A stretch of DNA of 64,000 nucleotides from Klebsormidium nitens (taxonomy: Eukaryota > Plantae > Klebsormidiophyceae), in the NCBI GenBank assembly GCA_000708835.1, contig DF237065.1:124001-188000 (forward strand), given 5' to 3'. The position numbers and the translations under genes were made by a program. Below are positions 23,530 through 35,802 of the stretch, piece after piece (the stretch's first letter is position 1; each line of letters begins with the position of its first letter). The notes beneath the pieces were generated by a model that was not told the DNA's origin, ran no database searches, and saw only the letters and a list, made by a program, of their open reading frames with translations.

Positions 23530-25551
23530 ATGGCGTCCTCTCTTGCTGCCGGAGCCGTCAGCTCCAAGCTCGTTGCCATCCGCATTCCCTCCTCTCAGCA
23601 GACTTCCTGCCAACCTTCTTCTTTCTCCGGAGCCCCCATCTTTGCGCACAGACTACCTGCAAACGGAAGCAGGATAACTTGTCAGGCAGAGAAAGACGCT
23701 GCTGACGTAAGCAGGAGGAGCATTTTGGGGCTTGCTGCTGCAGTCGTCCCAGTCTTGGCTGCGTCTCCTGCATTTGCGCTTCTGGAGAGCGATGAAGATC
23801 TAGAGTTGCTCTCAAAGGTGAAGGAGTCGAGGAAGAAGCGGGAGGCCAGCCAAGCGGAGGCGAAAAACAACCAGGATGAGTCATGTAAGGCGGCCATGCT
23901 GGCGGATTTGGGCTACAATGGTTTGTTTCTTGTGTTTTTCCTGATCTCGGTGTCACTCGGGGAGCTTTTATGAGCTTCATGCAGGCTTGTGCATTTCCAT
24001 TTCTCGAACTCAGCCAACACCGCCATCTCTTCTGAAACTGGTACATGAGCGGCACAACCCTAACGGTTTGCACATGTGTCCGCACACTTGCCCTGGCGGT
24101 ATTTCCGCCTGCATTCGGTTATTCATCGCAATCGCTTAGTATGCGGCAGGGCTTAAAAGTGATCATCGTGCAAAGCTTCAGAATGAGTTTGATTGGCTGC
24201 TGCAGCTGAAATCTGCAAGCAAAGGTTGAGGGACAAGCTCAAGAGCTTTTACTCCCCGTAATGAGGACTTTATATGCTCCTGTGAGCGAAGCCTATAAAG
24301 TCTGCGATATGGTCCGCTCAAAGGAGCATATACTGACGGTGATATCCATGTTCTTTCAAAGACTTGCACTGTCGAACCACCTCAAGAAAAGTCTGCTGAG
24401 GTGGACTCTTTATACAGCGGGAGTCATGTGTGCTCTTCTCGTTTCCCTGATCGAGAGCAAGACGCACCGCTAACCAGCGCTTTCAGGGCTGGACTGGTGA
24501 TCAAGTAGCTGAAGCAGAATTAGGTGATGAAAGCATAAGCAAGTCGAAGAAGACGCATAGAAAGTTCAAAGAGAAAAGATAGAAGAAGAACAACAATTTG
24601 AATGTGGCGCCCTTCTTTTTCCGCAGCGGCGGTCCAGGATGCGGTAAACAGGCTGGCCAAGGCTGGCCAGGCGATTGACAGCGACGACTTTGAAACCGCG
24701 TCGTCTGTCCTCGGAAGCAGCTCGGACGTTACCTGGGTTGCAAATGTAGATGGGGCTCTAGCTAAGGTGACCGTTTCGACTTAGAATGTCTGCATCAAGG
24801 CTTGTTAATGAAAGCAGATTCTGTTGGTATGTGACATGGTGAACCTGAGGCAGTCGCTCAACAGTGACATGATGGCTTGCTGGTGATTGGGACATCAAGT
24901 AGAGGCACATTGCCCCCAGGTTATCTGCTGCTTTTACTGAAAGCTGGCCTTTTCTGCTTGATATAAAACACGAGAGCTCCTGAACTATGCGCTGACCACC
25001 TACAACTTGCTTGCAGTTCGGTAGCAAAGGAAAGGAAAAGAAGGCGGCTGCCGACTTCAAATCTGCGTTGAAGGCCCTCCAGACCTCAGGTAATTCAGTC
25101 GTACTTCATTGAATCTTGTTTTCACGCTAATCTTCTCCAGTGGCACACAGTTGAGGTGAACCTTTCTTTGAACAACTGGGAAGCCCAAAAGCTGCGATCA
25201 ATGACCATCTTAATTCTTGCACTTCCACCATCTCTGTAAGGGGCCAGAGCTTTTGGACTGTCAGTCCCTCACAATAACGTGCTCGTGGAACTCATTGAAA
25301 TGTCGTCCTGACGCTAAATGCTTCTAAAGATCTAAAAAGTTGGGGTCCCGACTGCGCAACAAAAGGACGTATCTCTAGCCGTAACAGTCGTCTCAATCGC
25401 TTGTTGGATCTGGTCCACTCCAACTTCTCTTGCCGTTGCAGTTGCTCAAAAGAATGCTGATGCAGCGAAGAGCCAATTCGTAACTGCCGCAAAGGCTCTT
25501 GAATTGTGGAGCGACCTGACCGGACTCGCAGCTACTCTACAAGGATTGTAG
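23530..25551 (+). CDS. MPH2: Thylakoid lumenal 16.5 kDa protein (TL16/MPH2-like), ~225 aa
   Basis: Exons 23530-23884, 24627-24766, 25017-25089, 25442-25551 (phase-consistent). Bipartite transit peptide with twin-Arg (SRRSILG...AFA). Mature LLESDEDLELLSKVKESRKKR...RLAKAGQAIDSDD...W.DLTGL...LQGL* resembles the plant 16.5 kDa lumen protein. Confidence 0.9.
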
Positions 25552-26466
25552 TTTAATCACTGGTAAGCTTCGTGTTGGGTACAGTCCGAGGTGAATGGGG
25601 TTCGGAATGTTCCTACCATTTTGGGCTTGGTGCATCATGGGCTTTTGCGGCCGCCTTATGCTATTACCGTTCCAATTTTGCAGCTATTCATTTTCTGCGA
25701 ACAAATTGATCTTTAAGGTTCGACCTCGGACTCCGGCTCGAGTTACAATGCATGTGACCATCTTGACTTGTCGGATGGTACCGACCGTCTCTGTTTGAAT
25801 GTGACAAAGTTTTACTGCTGCCATGGGCGATAAGTACGTATATGCGGCACGGCATGCATTACGGGGCGGCAATGAAGTGAGTATGATGGTAACTCTGGTT
25901 TCGCAGTGACATTCGTTTCGATCAAGATGTAGCACTGTTCATACCACTGCCACCTCCGCTTCACGATGCATCATATACATATTGTCCTGTACTTTTTCTG
26001 CAAACCGTCTAGCTCTGTCGAGATGCGCATGTTATATTGTATTCCGCGTCATGCAATCCGTCTGGAATCCATCTGAGCGCATAGTAAGATGGACCGCCGA
26101 TATAACATGTTGGATGAAACCTGCCAACGATTGGTCGTGCAGTCACTGAGTCTTTTAAGTAGGACGGAGCAATGTGTCGATCGGCGGCCCCGGGCGCCAA
26201 TATCTCAGTCCGTCCTGTCAGATCCATTAGGCCTTCAGCAGTGCATGGTGAATACTTGCTTCGCTGCTATGTACACAGAAGTTCGCTGAATACGTACGGC
26301 TTTTCGGAAGCACTGGCATTGTGCTGGTCGAAGCTGAGAACTTGTATCACGGTCTGAAGGGCCGCGGTCGCGCGGCCGCCTCGTACTAAAAACTAAGTTA
26401 GCCGCGCGGCGGCCCGGCCTCGATGATCATATGACGGCACAGTTTAGGAACAGTATTAGCCGTAGG

Positions 26467-26486
26467 NNNNNNNNNNNNNNNNNNNN
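26467..26486. other. Assembly gap (20 N)
   Basis: Run of N flanked by very GC-rich sequence. Confidence 0.99.
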
Positions 26487-26981
26487 GGACGACGGCGCGG
26501 GCGGCAAGGGGCCGCGCGGCGCGCACCATCTTCCGACGACTCACAGCGCGCCATGTGTCAATACAACCATGGCCGTTCGATGAGTCATTCAATGCCATGT
26601 CAGCTATGGCTCCTTGAAATCGGACGGCCGTATGGACCCGATCTAGGGCTGACATGCCCGAGCACCGTCGATAGCGTCAGCAATAGGAGGGGAATCCCAG
26701 CTCCTGGATTCCCTGCCTGCGCAACTCATGAACTTATGAAGCGCTTTTGGAGTTTGAACTTTGGACTGGCTTTAGCGGAGGGGCTCTTGATCCTCGTTTG
26801 CTCCCCTGAGCAGAAGCCTGAGAAGGTCGAAAACAGCGTAAAATTGGTTCTTCGTGTGGTAGATGTCGTTCTGAACGCCAGGGGGACGACAACCCTGAGG
26901 AAAGAAGAGGTACATTGTGGAGCTCAAAGAAAATTTGGAAAGAACACTTGCGTTAAATCTGCTGCGAGTGGAGGTTTCAAG

Positions 26982-29900
26982 ATGGCCATGTCTCTGCAGG
27001 CCAGGGCCGGGCTCTCGTCGGGGTCTCTTGGACATCCTTCTTTTTCATCCTCCTCATCTTATTCCTGCACTCGACAGCTGCTAATGTGTCCGAGTCTGTG
27101 TTCAAAGCAGAGCAAAAATGGACGGCAAGCTCTCTCTATCTTGAAGAGGATAGAAAGGGACCTTCGGTATCAGGCAATGGTGTCTGCGACCAGCAGGAAG
27201 GGGCGCAGCGGATCTGGCAGGTAAGAGTTTGGGGGCCCTTGCGACCTTTTCTTGTTTTCTGTACTGGCGGTTTACTTCTTACACTTGCTGGCATCGCGGC
27301 GATGCACCTCTTATGCCTGAGAGACTCACTTGTACCGAAGCTTGCTTTGTTTTGAATGTTTATTTCAAATTGTGTGGCAATTGGTGCAAATCGTGCGCTA
27401 GACCAGTCGGTTGCTGCATCTGAATACCGTGTGTTCTCTTGATGCACAATTTAGGCTTGCTTGCAATACGAGAAGAAACAATTGCAGCACGTGGTCTTAA
27501 AGAATACCTAAGAACAGAGTGTCTTCCATCAACCAGCTCAATATGGAGCTTTTACAATACCCCACATGCACAAGTAACCTCGCCGTAAATCAATGGTGCG
27601 CATCAGTTTCTGCTTGCCACCATTACCAAAGGGCAGCTTCATTGTGAGCGACAATGTGTGATCGTTAGTGGCTAACATTTGTGGTTGACTCAAGTCTGAC
27701 AATCATTAGATCTGTAGCTTCGACAGCTGACAGCAACAAAATTGTCGGCTGCTAATGAAATGGCCTTCCTTAAGTGGCCAATGTCCGGCCTTCCGTAAGT
27801 GGCCAATGTCCGGTTTTGTGAAAATGTTGTTGATGCTAACCTTGTTCCTAACCTTGGTTTTACTATGATCACCGTGCCTAGAAGCAAGCCTTGAAGCAAG
27901 TCTACCTGGTGAAATTCCTGCAAACCTAGAGTGCCGCATTTGATGGAATAATAAGAAGTAGAAAAAGCTGATGGTTTCTTTGCGTATGGACCTGAAAAGT
28001 GGTATTCTGCTTGATTCACATGTAAGAGTTTCCAACTGTCCACATTCCAAATAATTTTGTAGTGTTGATATTTTATGGACGAGCAAGGCCCTAGTGAACT
28101 TCGCGTTTACAAAGGCCCCCTCCCTCGAGCAGCAAAGCAAGGCAATCATCAATCTATTTCTGCTTCCGCTTTTTGCAATGTGGAGGCACCTGCGAGCCCC
28201 TGAAAATATGTCACAACAGGCTGCCAAGTTCTGTGACCTGGTTGATGCACACATAATTATAGGTTCCTGACAAGCAGCAGGCATATTGACAATCCAAGCT
28301 AAGAATACCAAAAATTCCGCAGCTCGTTAAATACTTCATCTGACCTGCTAAAAGTGTGGAGCAACTAGCTTCTCGCAATGCTTTTGCCGTTTTGTAAGTG
28401 TGGCCTACCAGGACTTCGCGATCGAGCTTAGGCAAATGATTTAGGTTTTCACAAAGTTCAACGAATTAACGAGTTTCATTAATGTGAACTGCACTACCTC
28501 TCCTCACTTTCGTGTCTCGTTTGTCTGCCACGTAATGCTGAGATAGTTGTACTAGTTTCAAATCCCAAAATATAACTGAAGCCACCCTTTGTGGCCTCCT
28601 TTGTGGCCTCATGAGAGCTATTTCGTCATGGTCTTCGCAGATTCCGCGTTTAACGTATCTCGCCCTTACATGCCTCTAAATGCGAGCACATCCTCTGGGA
28701 GAAAGTCTTCCGAGACGCCCTCCACACCCACCACCAATCAGACTGTTGTGTTTCTTGATCGGAGGTCTAAGCTGAGCTTGCGACATCAACCTGATTCAGA
28801 TTTCTATGCTTCAATATCTCTTCCATTGGCAAGGGCCAAGCCTTGATTTCCCCCTCGCACCTCTCCCGTACGATACGAAGCATATTCCTTATCAGGCCGT
28901 ATTTTCACATACAGTTGTGGGTTTCCACCTAAACCCCTCATCTGATTGAAACAATGAACCCCCTCTTTCCAGGGCGCAAGCCGTCGAGTCCCCCTCAGCT
29001 GCCGTCGTCGACGACGCCCCAACTGTAGTTGCCGAACCCCAACCTGAACCCCTTGCCCCCAACCAAACAAACGAAGCCACCGAGTCGTCCTCCGCAATTG
29101 GCAACGGGCCGGCCGTGCCTCTTGATATCTACCCATCCTCTGGCCTAGAAGTTGACACCATGGCAGAAGCAGACCTAAAGGAGAATGGGTTCCGGAGTAC
29201 CCGGAGAACTAAGTTGATCTGTACGATCGGGCCGTCGAGCTGTTCTGCGGAGCAGCTAGAGAATCTGGCCATTGGCGGGATGAACGTGGCGCGGCTGAAC
29301 ATGTGCCATGGGACGCACGAGTGGCATCGGCAGGTGCGCCCCTTGACTCGTGTTCTTCGTGATTTCCCTTCGGTGCTTTCTTTTCCTGGCACATGCTCTG
29401 TGTCTTCGCTTTTTCTGCCCATTGTGTAGCTCTTGTCCTCGAGGAGTTTTGACGCAGCTTGAACTTGTGCCCTCCGATTGCACTGGTATGTAAGGCGTTT
29501 TGCGGGCTTCTTGCGACCTCTACTTTGTTTACACTCACTCGCATCAAGCTGCACAGGGATGAATAGATTGAGCCAAAGAGTGGTGAATGCAAGGACGGGG
29601 TCCTTGCAGCTGGCCAGTAGACCGCGTTCTTCGTTGATTACTTCCCAGTTCGGCACAACAAGATGGTCTTATCAGTCTCGTTCCCAACTATCTGGTCGGC
29701 CATCAAGCGGCCCGATCACCTGTACTGCTTTCACTATAAGGATCTGCTGCTTATGGTCTGCGGCTTCTTTGTTGGTACCGCGTTGTATACTTCGTATCTG
29801 TCGTTTACCATGCCTTGACAAAGCGAAGAAGTCAAAGATTCCGGCAAGAAGGAGATGACCATAGCCATTGTTCTGACTTGTTGCAGGTAATCAGGAACGT

Positions 29901-32900
29901 GAAGAAGCTGAACAAGGAGAAGGGCTTCAGCATGGCAGTCATGATGGACACGGAGGGCAGCGAGGTGCACATGGGTGACCTTGGGGGGCCGGGCAAGGCA
30001 GAGGTGGGTGCCACAAGGAGGAGGAAATACAGAAAGACGAGAAACGATGCACTAACAGAGCGAATGCATGGAGAAAGGGTTACGTTGCGGAAAGCGCATG
30101 GAGGTTAGGACGGTTCTTGGATGCTGCAGCAGGGATTGCTTCAAGCGGTTGAAATCCGCTCTTCGCTAAGGAAACACGGGAGTTAGCACGGGAGTTAGCA
30201 AGTAAAATTACTGCATTTCTCTGGCAGAACTTTAGAACAACTTTGGGGAGTGAGACGGGTTCCAAACATCAGAGCATCTTGCTCCTTGCGCAGGATGGGG
30301 ACATGTGGACATTCACGGTGCGGAACTCAAAGGCAGACAAGACGATCCAGGTCAACTACGACGGTTTCGTAGATGGTGAGCCCTCACTTTCTGTCTAGAT
30401 CATCTCAATCCTTCGAAACATTTGTGCTGAACTGAGGGTTCCTGCGAATTGGTTCTCGTATTTGGAAACGGATCCTCGATGGGCTATGATCGATTTGTAT
30501 GCGAGCATGTGAACGTATGCATTTCTGGAATTTCGGCCCTTGTCAACCAACAACTCTCTGCCTCTCTTGCATACGTTCCAGAAGGGACGGATGAGTCTGC
30601 CTAGCAGAAGTGTTTTTTGGTGCCTTGTTGAGCGCTTTTAGAAGTGTACTCGGTTGCTCTAAGTCCGCCTCGAACTCCCGCGGCAACGAGATATTTGTGC
30701 ACGGGGGCTTGGTGCGTTGCATCATCATAAAGCCACGGCTTCCTGAACCAATTCCCTGGAGCAGCTCCCCAACATCCTCAGAATTTGGGCTCCTTCAACC
30801 GCAGAAACCATGCAATCGTACGGACTCCTGACCAACGCTCCATACGAACGCTGGGGCTTCTGACGCTTTGCAGACGTTATGGTCGGTGACGAGATCGTTC
30901 TGGATGGGAGCTTGGTGCGCGTCAATGTAGAAGACTGCAAGGGCTCCGGTCTATCGGATTGGCAAGGCCCCCGAAAGTATTGGGTTTCTCGACCGTGGAC
31001 AGCAGCACTTCTTGTAAGTGCCTGACCGTGACCCTTTACAAAAGCGGAGACTTCTACGTTTTGCAGACGTCATGGTCGGTGACGAGATCGTGGTGGACGG
31101 CGGCATGGTGCGCTTCATGATTGAGGAGCGCAATGGCCCCGACGTCGTTGCCCGGTGCATTGACCCGGGCCTCCTGCTGCCACGTGCCAACCTCACGTTC
31201 TGGCGCCAGGGAAACCTCATCCGGGAGCGCAACTCGATGCTGCCCACTATCTCGTCAAAGGTGGGGGGTCATGCTTATCGGCCTTTCTCACTCTCACGTN
31301 NNNNNNNNNNNNNNNNNNNNNNNNNNNNNNNNNNNNNNNNNNNNNNNNNNNNNNNNNNNNNNNNNNNNNNNNNNNNNNNNNNNNNNNNNNNNNNNNNNNN
31401 NNNNNNNNNNNNNNNNNNNNNNNNNNNNNNNNNNNNNNNNNNNNNNNNNNNNNNNNNNNNNNNNNNNNNNNNNNNNNNNNNNNNNNNNNNNNNNNNNNNN
31501 NNNNNNNNNNNNNNNNNNNNNNNNNNNNNNNNNNNNNNNNNNNNNNNNNNNNNNNNNNNNNNNNNNNNNNNNNNNNNNNNNNNNNNNNNNNNNNNNNNNN
31601 NNNNNNNNNNNNNNNNNNNNNNNNNNNNNNNNNNNNNNNNNNNNNNNNNNNNNNNNNNNNNNNNNNNNNNNNNNNNNNNNNNNNNNNNNNNNNNNNNNNN
31701 NNNNNNNNNNNNNNNNNNNNNNNNNNNNNNNNNNNNNNNNNNNNNNNNNNNNNNNNNNNNNNNNNNNNNNNNNNNNNNNNNNNNNNNNNNNNNNNNNNNN
31801 NNNNNNNNNNNNNNNNNNNNNNNNNNNNNNNNNNNNNNNCAAAGGTGGGGGATCATGCTTATCGGCCTTTCTCACTCTCACGTCAAAGGTGGGGGATCAT
31901 GCTTGTCGGCCTTTCTCACTCTCAGACAAGTCAACTTCTTCAGCCGCTGAAGTCGGAAGCAGCCGTCGCTGGATTGAGGCACTCTGCGAGGGACGAACGT
32001 CCATCAGGTCCCACTTTGTTGAACGTTTGAGAAGAGCTGAAATCTGCGGATGCAGCGAGCCAAGAATCAAAAATGTACAGCTACCTCAAGCAGCTTACCG
32101 CGATTCCTTAAGAGCCGCTCAATCCGAGTTCGGCTGTGCAAACGGTGCCCCTTACGGAATCTCTAAGATTTCGAGATATCTAAAGTTAGAGAACAATCTA
32201 GGACTCTGTTGTTGCATTGGATTCAGCATCGTGGAGTGCGTCGTTTCCATCTGGCAGTCTTTGTAACGCTGCTAAACGTGCTGAAGCAAACTAAATGCCT
32301 CGAGTAGATGCTTTCGAAACCCGCTTGATTCGCCTTTGGCAAATCCGAAGGTATCAGCTTCGCCCCCGTTTTCTTTCATTACAATCTGCGATGTGCTGCG
32401 CGCCTTCGCAACCTACACGACGCTGAAAATGAAAGCCTTCCTTTCCGTTCCAGGACTGGCTTGACTTTCATTTTGGCATTACCGGAGGCGTCTGCTTTAT
32501 CGTCGAGTCGCTCGTTAAGATGCCCGGTGTGCTTGAAGAATATTGCAATGTTCAAAACTTCTCAGATTTGCATCCTGATTCCTGCAACCTCTGTTCTACA
32601 GGATTGGCTCGACATCGACTTTGGCATCGCGGAAAGCGTTGACTTCATCGCCTGTCTCGTTCGTCAAACGCCGGACGTGCTGACTGCCCTCGTCTTGCCA
32701 AATTTTCAGATCAACTGATAATAAAAGCCTTTTTTTCTCTCTCAGGACTGGCTCGACATCGACTTCGGCATCGCCGAAGGCGTTGACTTCAACGCCGTGT
32801 CGTTCGTCAAGACGCCCGACGTGCTGGAACACTGCAAGTTTTGGAGTACATTTTAAACCCGCAGTAGCAAAATGCATGTCTCTAGAAACGATCAACCCCT

Positions 32901-35802
32901 TCATTATTCTTATCTCCTCGTTCAGGATTGGCTTGACATCGACTTTGGAATTGCGGAAGGCGTCGATTTCATTGCCGTGTCGTTCGTCAAGACGCCCGAC
33001 GTGCTCAAGCACCTGCGCAGCTACATCGAGTCCCGCGCGCGAGACCGCAAGATCAACGTCATCGCAAAGATCGAGTCGCGCGACTCGCTGAAAAACCTAG
33101 AGGACATCATTACGGTGTCCGATGGCGCCATGGTGGCGCGGGGGGACCTCGGGGCGCAAGTGCCCTTGGAACAGGTTAGGCAGTTGCTCGTTCATCTTTT
33201 GCCTTTTCTTTTAGTTTCTGCTCGTCCATATTGAGAATTACTCGTGTCTTCTTTGCTTCTTGTGCCGTGTACTTTCTTCCTCGTCGTCAGCAGCCCCCTC
33301 TTTTACGAGCTTCGTTCGTGTTACTGCTTGCGACGAACTTGATTCCGATGCTCGATGAAAACATGCGGTGTTAATCTCTTCCTTTGTGAAACGTGCCTGT
33401 TGACCGTACCAAACGAACACCCATCAGTGTCTTCAGTATCGAGGCTATACTGCAGCTCACATTGGAATTGTCCTGCTTACCGAGTTTTGACATCCTATAA
33501 AGCAGTCGTCAATGACCAACCGGATTACGGACTTCTCTCATCCAATTTTCGTATCACAGGCGTCCCCCCCCACAGCCCCCTTGCGATTCGCCCTCGGTTG
33601 TTGACACTCCTTTCGGTTTCTCCCCAGGTTCCCAGCATCCAGAAGGACGTGGTGCACCTCTGCCGGTCGCTCAACAAGCCCGTCATTGTGGCTAGCCAGC
33701 TCCTTGAGTCGATGATCGAGTACCCGACGCCCACCCGGGCTGAGGTGAGCCCCGCCGCCACTCTTTTCCGGATTCAAACTTTGCTATCGTGGCGTTTGTT
33801 TCCCGAGATTGGTCTACTTCAAAGACGAGAAGCGGGACTCATGCTGGCAGAAGGCGTGTGGTCATTTGTGACTTTTCGGGCTTCTGCTCAAGTCGAGGAT
33901 CCTTGGAGACCCACTGAAGCTTTGCATTTCTTTGGTTGTGATACATTTGGAAGGAAGAGGTGCCTAGGGCGTGAGCCCGATGCATTGCTATGCGGCACAC
34001 ATTCGTCCAGGTTACCGACATGATTATGTTTCATGCTGCCGTTTGCAGCACTTACTTTTCTTTCAACCATGCGGCAGCCGCATGCAGTGTCCTCTAGCGA
34101 CACATTCTTCGAAGCTTCTACAGAAGCCACATTGTTTTGGAGGACATCAGTCGCGGAACTCAGTTGCGGACCTCTCGGAGGCTGTCCGGCAGCACGGCTC
34201 GACACTCGCAGCTCACCGTTTCTCACCGTTTCCAGGGATGATCGACGCTGTCCTTAAAACAGGTCTCCTGAAAGGTAGTCGTCGTCGTTCAGGTGGTAGA
34301 CATTTCGAAGGCCGTACGGCAGCATCGCTACACAGTTGCGCATTCATTGGTCCTTTTCTCTTCTTATGATCCAGATACATTAAACTCAACTGATCTACAA
34401 GCTTCGATTATTTTGTACACCAAGTTGCATTCCTCTGAAAAACTTGATCGGTTTGGAAATCAGAAGTACATTTTTTTGTCCAGGTTGCGGACATCTCGGA
34501 GGCCGTCCGGCAGCGCGCGGACGCCCTGATGCTGTCCGGGGAGTCCGCCGTCGGGCGCTACCCCGAGAAGGCCCTCGGCGTCCTGCGCACCGTGAGCCAG
34601 CGCATCGAGCGCTGGTGCCGCGAGGAAAAGCACCACGAAACCCTGCGCCTGCCGGAGCTATCGACGATTCTGAACGAGAGGATCAGCGAGCAGATCTGCA
34701 ACAGCGCAGCACAGATGGCGAACCGGCTGGAGGCGGACGCGATCTTTGTGTACACGCGACGCGGCAAGATGGCGAGCCTCCTGAGCCGGAACCGGCCCGA
34801 CTGCCCGATCTTTGCTTTCACGGACAACCCGTCGATCCGGCAGGTAGGCGACGGTTGGATCGCATCGACCAGTCTGGCTTCACACGTTCTTTTCATCCTA
34901 GTCAATAGTTGAGTTCAAGGCTTCTGTTACGTTTTTATCTCACAATGACAATTCTCTCTTTCAGTGGAGGACCCGTCGATCCGGCAGGTAGCGAGGGGGG
35001 AGTTACCAATCAAATTTGCGCTGGATTTTGTCACAAAAGGATTGTGTGCGACTAAAGAACTTCTTTTCCCGTTGACGGAATTGAAAAGCGCGTGCTTTTG
35101 TCATTGACGGTGCCGCTTGCGACGAACAACTCGTGAACTGACGGGTATGCAGGGCAGCTTGTCCTGTATTGTCTGCCTTTTGGTCTTTGGGGTGTCCTTC
35201 TGAAAATTTTTGCGTTTGATGATGCTTAACTCTGATAAAACGGCCGTGTATATATGTTGTGAATTACTCCCATTCGACTTGCCATACGTCTTTTCTCTGG
35301 AACCGAACGTCTGTGAGCTTTGTCTTATTCCTCTCTTTCCTGTCTCGTATTCATCTGCTTCGTGATCGAAAGGATCGAAGTTGCAAGCATCCCTCCCTGT
35401 ATCTGCATCTCCCGCGTCGAAAGATGACTTGCGACTACAATGCTCTACCCTCCTCTTCTTACCCTCTTGGCCTTTTAACGTTGCTTGCTCTGCCTTTTTG
35501 ATCATCTCCTTTGCCCCCTCTTGTCCTTGTTGAGAAACCCCAACAGTCTGAAAGGTCTGATAATCCCCCTGTTTGTCCCGCAGCGCCTGAACCTGTACTG
35601 GGGCCTCATTCCGTTCCGTCTCTCCTTCTCCGAGGATATGGAGATCAACCTGCAGCGCACATTCGCGCTGCTCCTCAAGCGCGGCATGATGAAGTCCGGG
35701 GAGGTGGTTATCGTGGTGTCCGACATAACCCAGGTTAACGAGGCCGACCTGCGGCAGTCTATCCAGATCAGGAAGCTCCCTTCCCTGGAGTCGCTCAGTT
35801 AG
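26982..35802 (+). CDS. PKP1: Plastid pyruvate kinase, alpha-type subunit (PKp1-like), ~645 aa
   Basis: Exons 26982-27220 (transit peptide, less certain), 28973-29333, 29887-30003, 30294-30375, 31067-31260, 32926-33174, 33628-33744, 34484-34843, 35584-35802; phase-consistent. Motifs: [132 protein letters not shown]. Confidence 0.97.
31254..31924 (+). repeat. 44-bp minisatellite built from the exon-5 end/splice donor of pyruvate kinase, interrupted by an assembly gap
   Basis: Unit GTCAAAGGTGGGGGATCATGCTTATCGGCCTTTCTCACTCTCAC starts at the real donor (AAAG|gtgggg, 31260/31261) and recurs at 31840 and 31884 after the gap. Confidence 0.9.
31300..31839. other. Assembly gap (540 N), probably a collapsed minisatellite
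   Basis: The same 44-bp unit flanks both sides of the gap. Confidence 0.95.
32440..32840 (+). repeat. Three degenerate intronic copies of the PK exon-6 acceptor + exon head
   Basis: ag|GAYTGGCTYGAC... starts at 32454, 32602 and 32746; the real exon starts at 32926. Confidence 0.92.

Noticed and set aside
31018-32266. Long ORFs of 310, 381, 193 and 195 aa in the ORF track
   Set aside because: Artefacts of reading through the 540-N gap.
31254-33020. CRISPR-like appearance of the repeated units in PK introns
   Set aside because: Eukaryotic context, no cas genes, repeats are copies of host exon edges, and there are no unique constant-length spacers.
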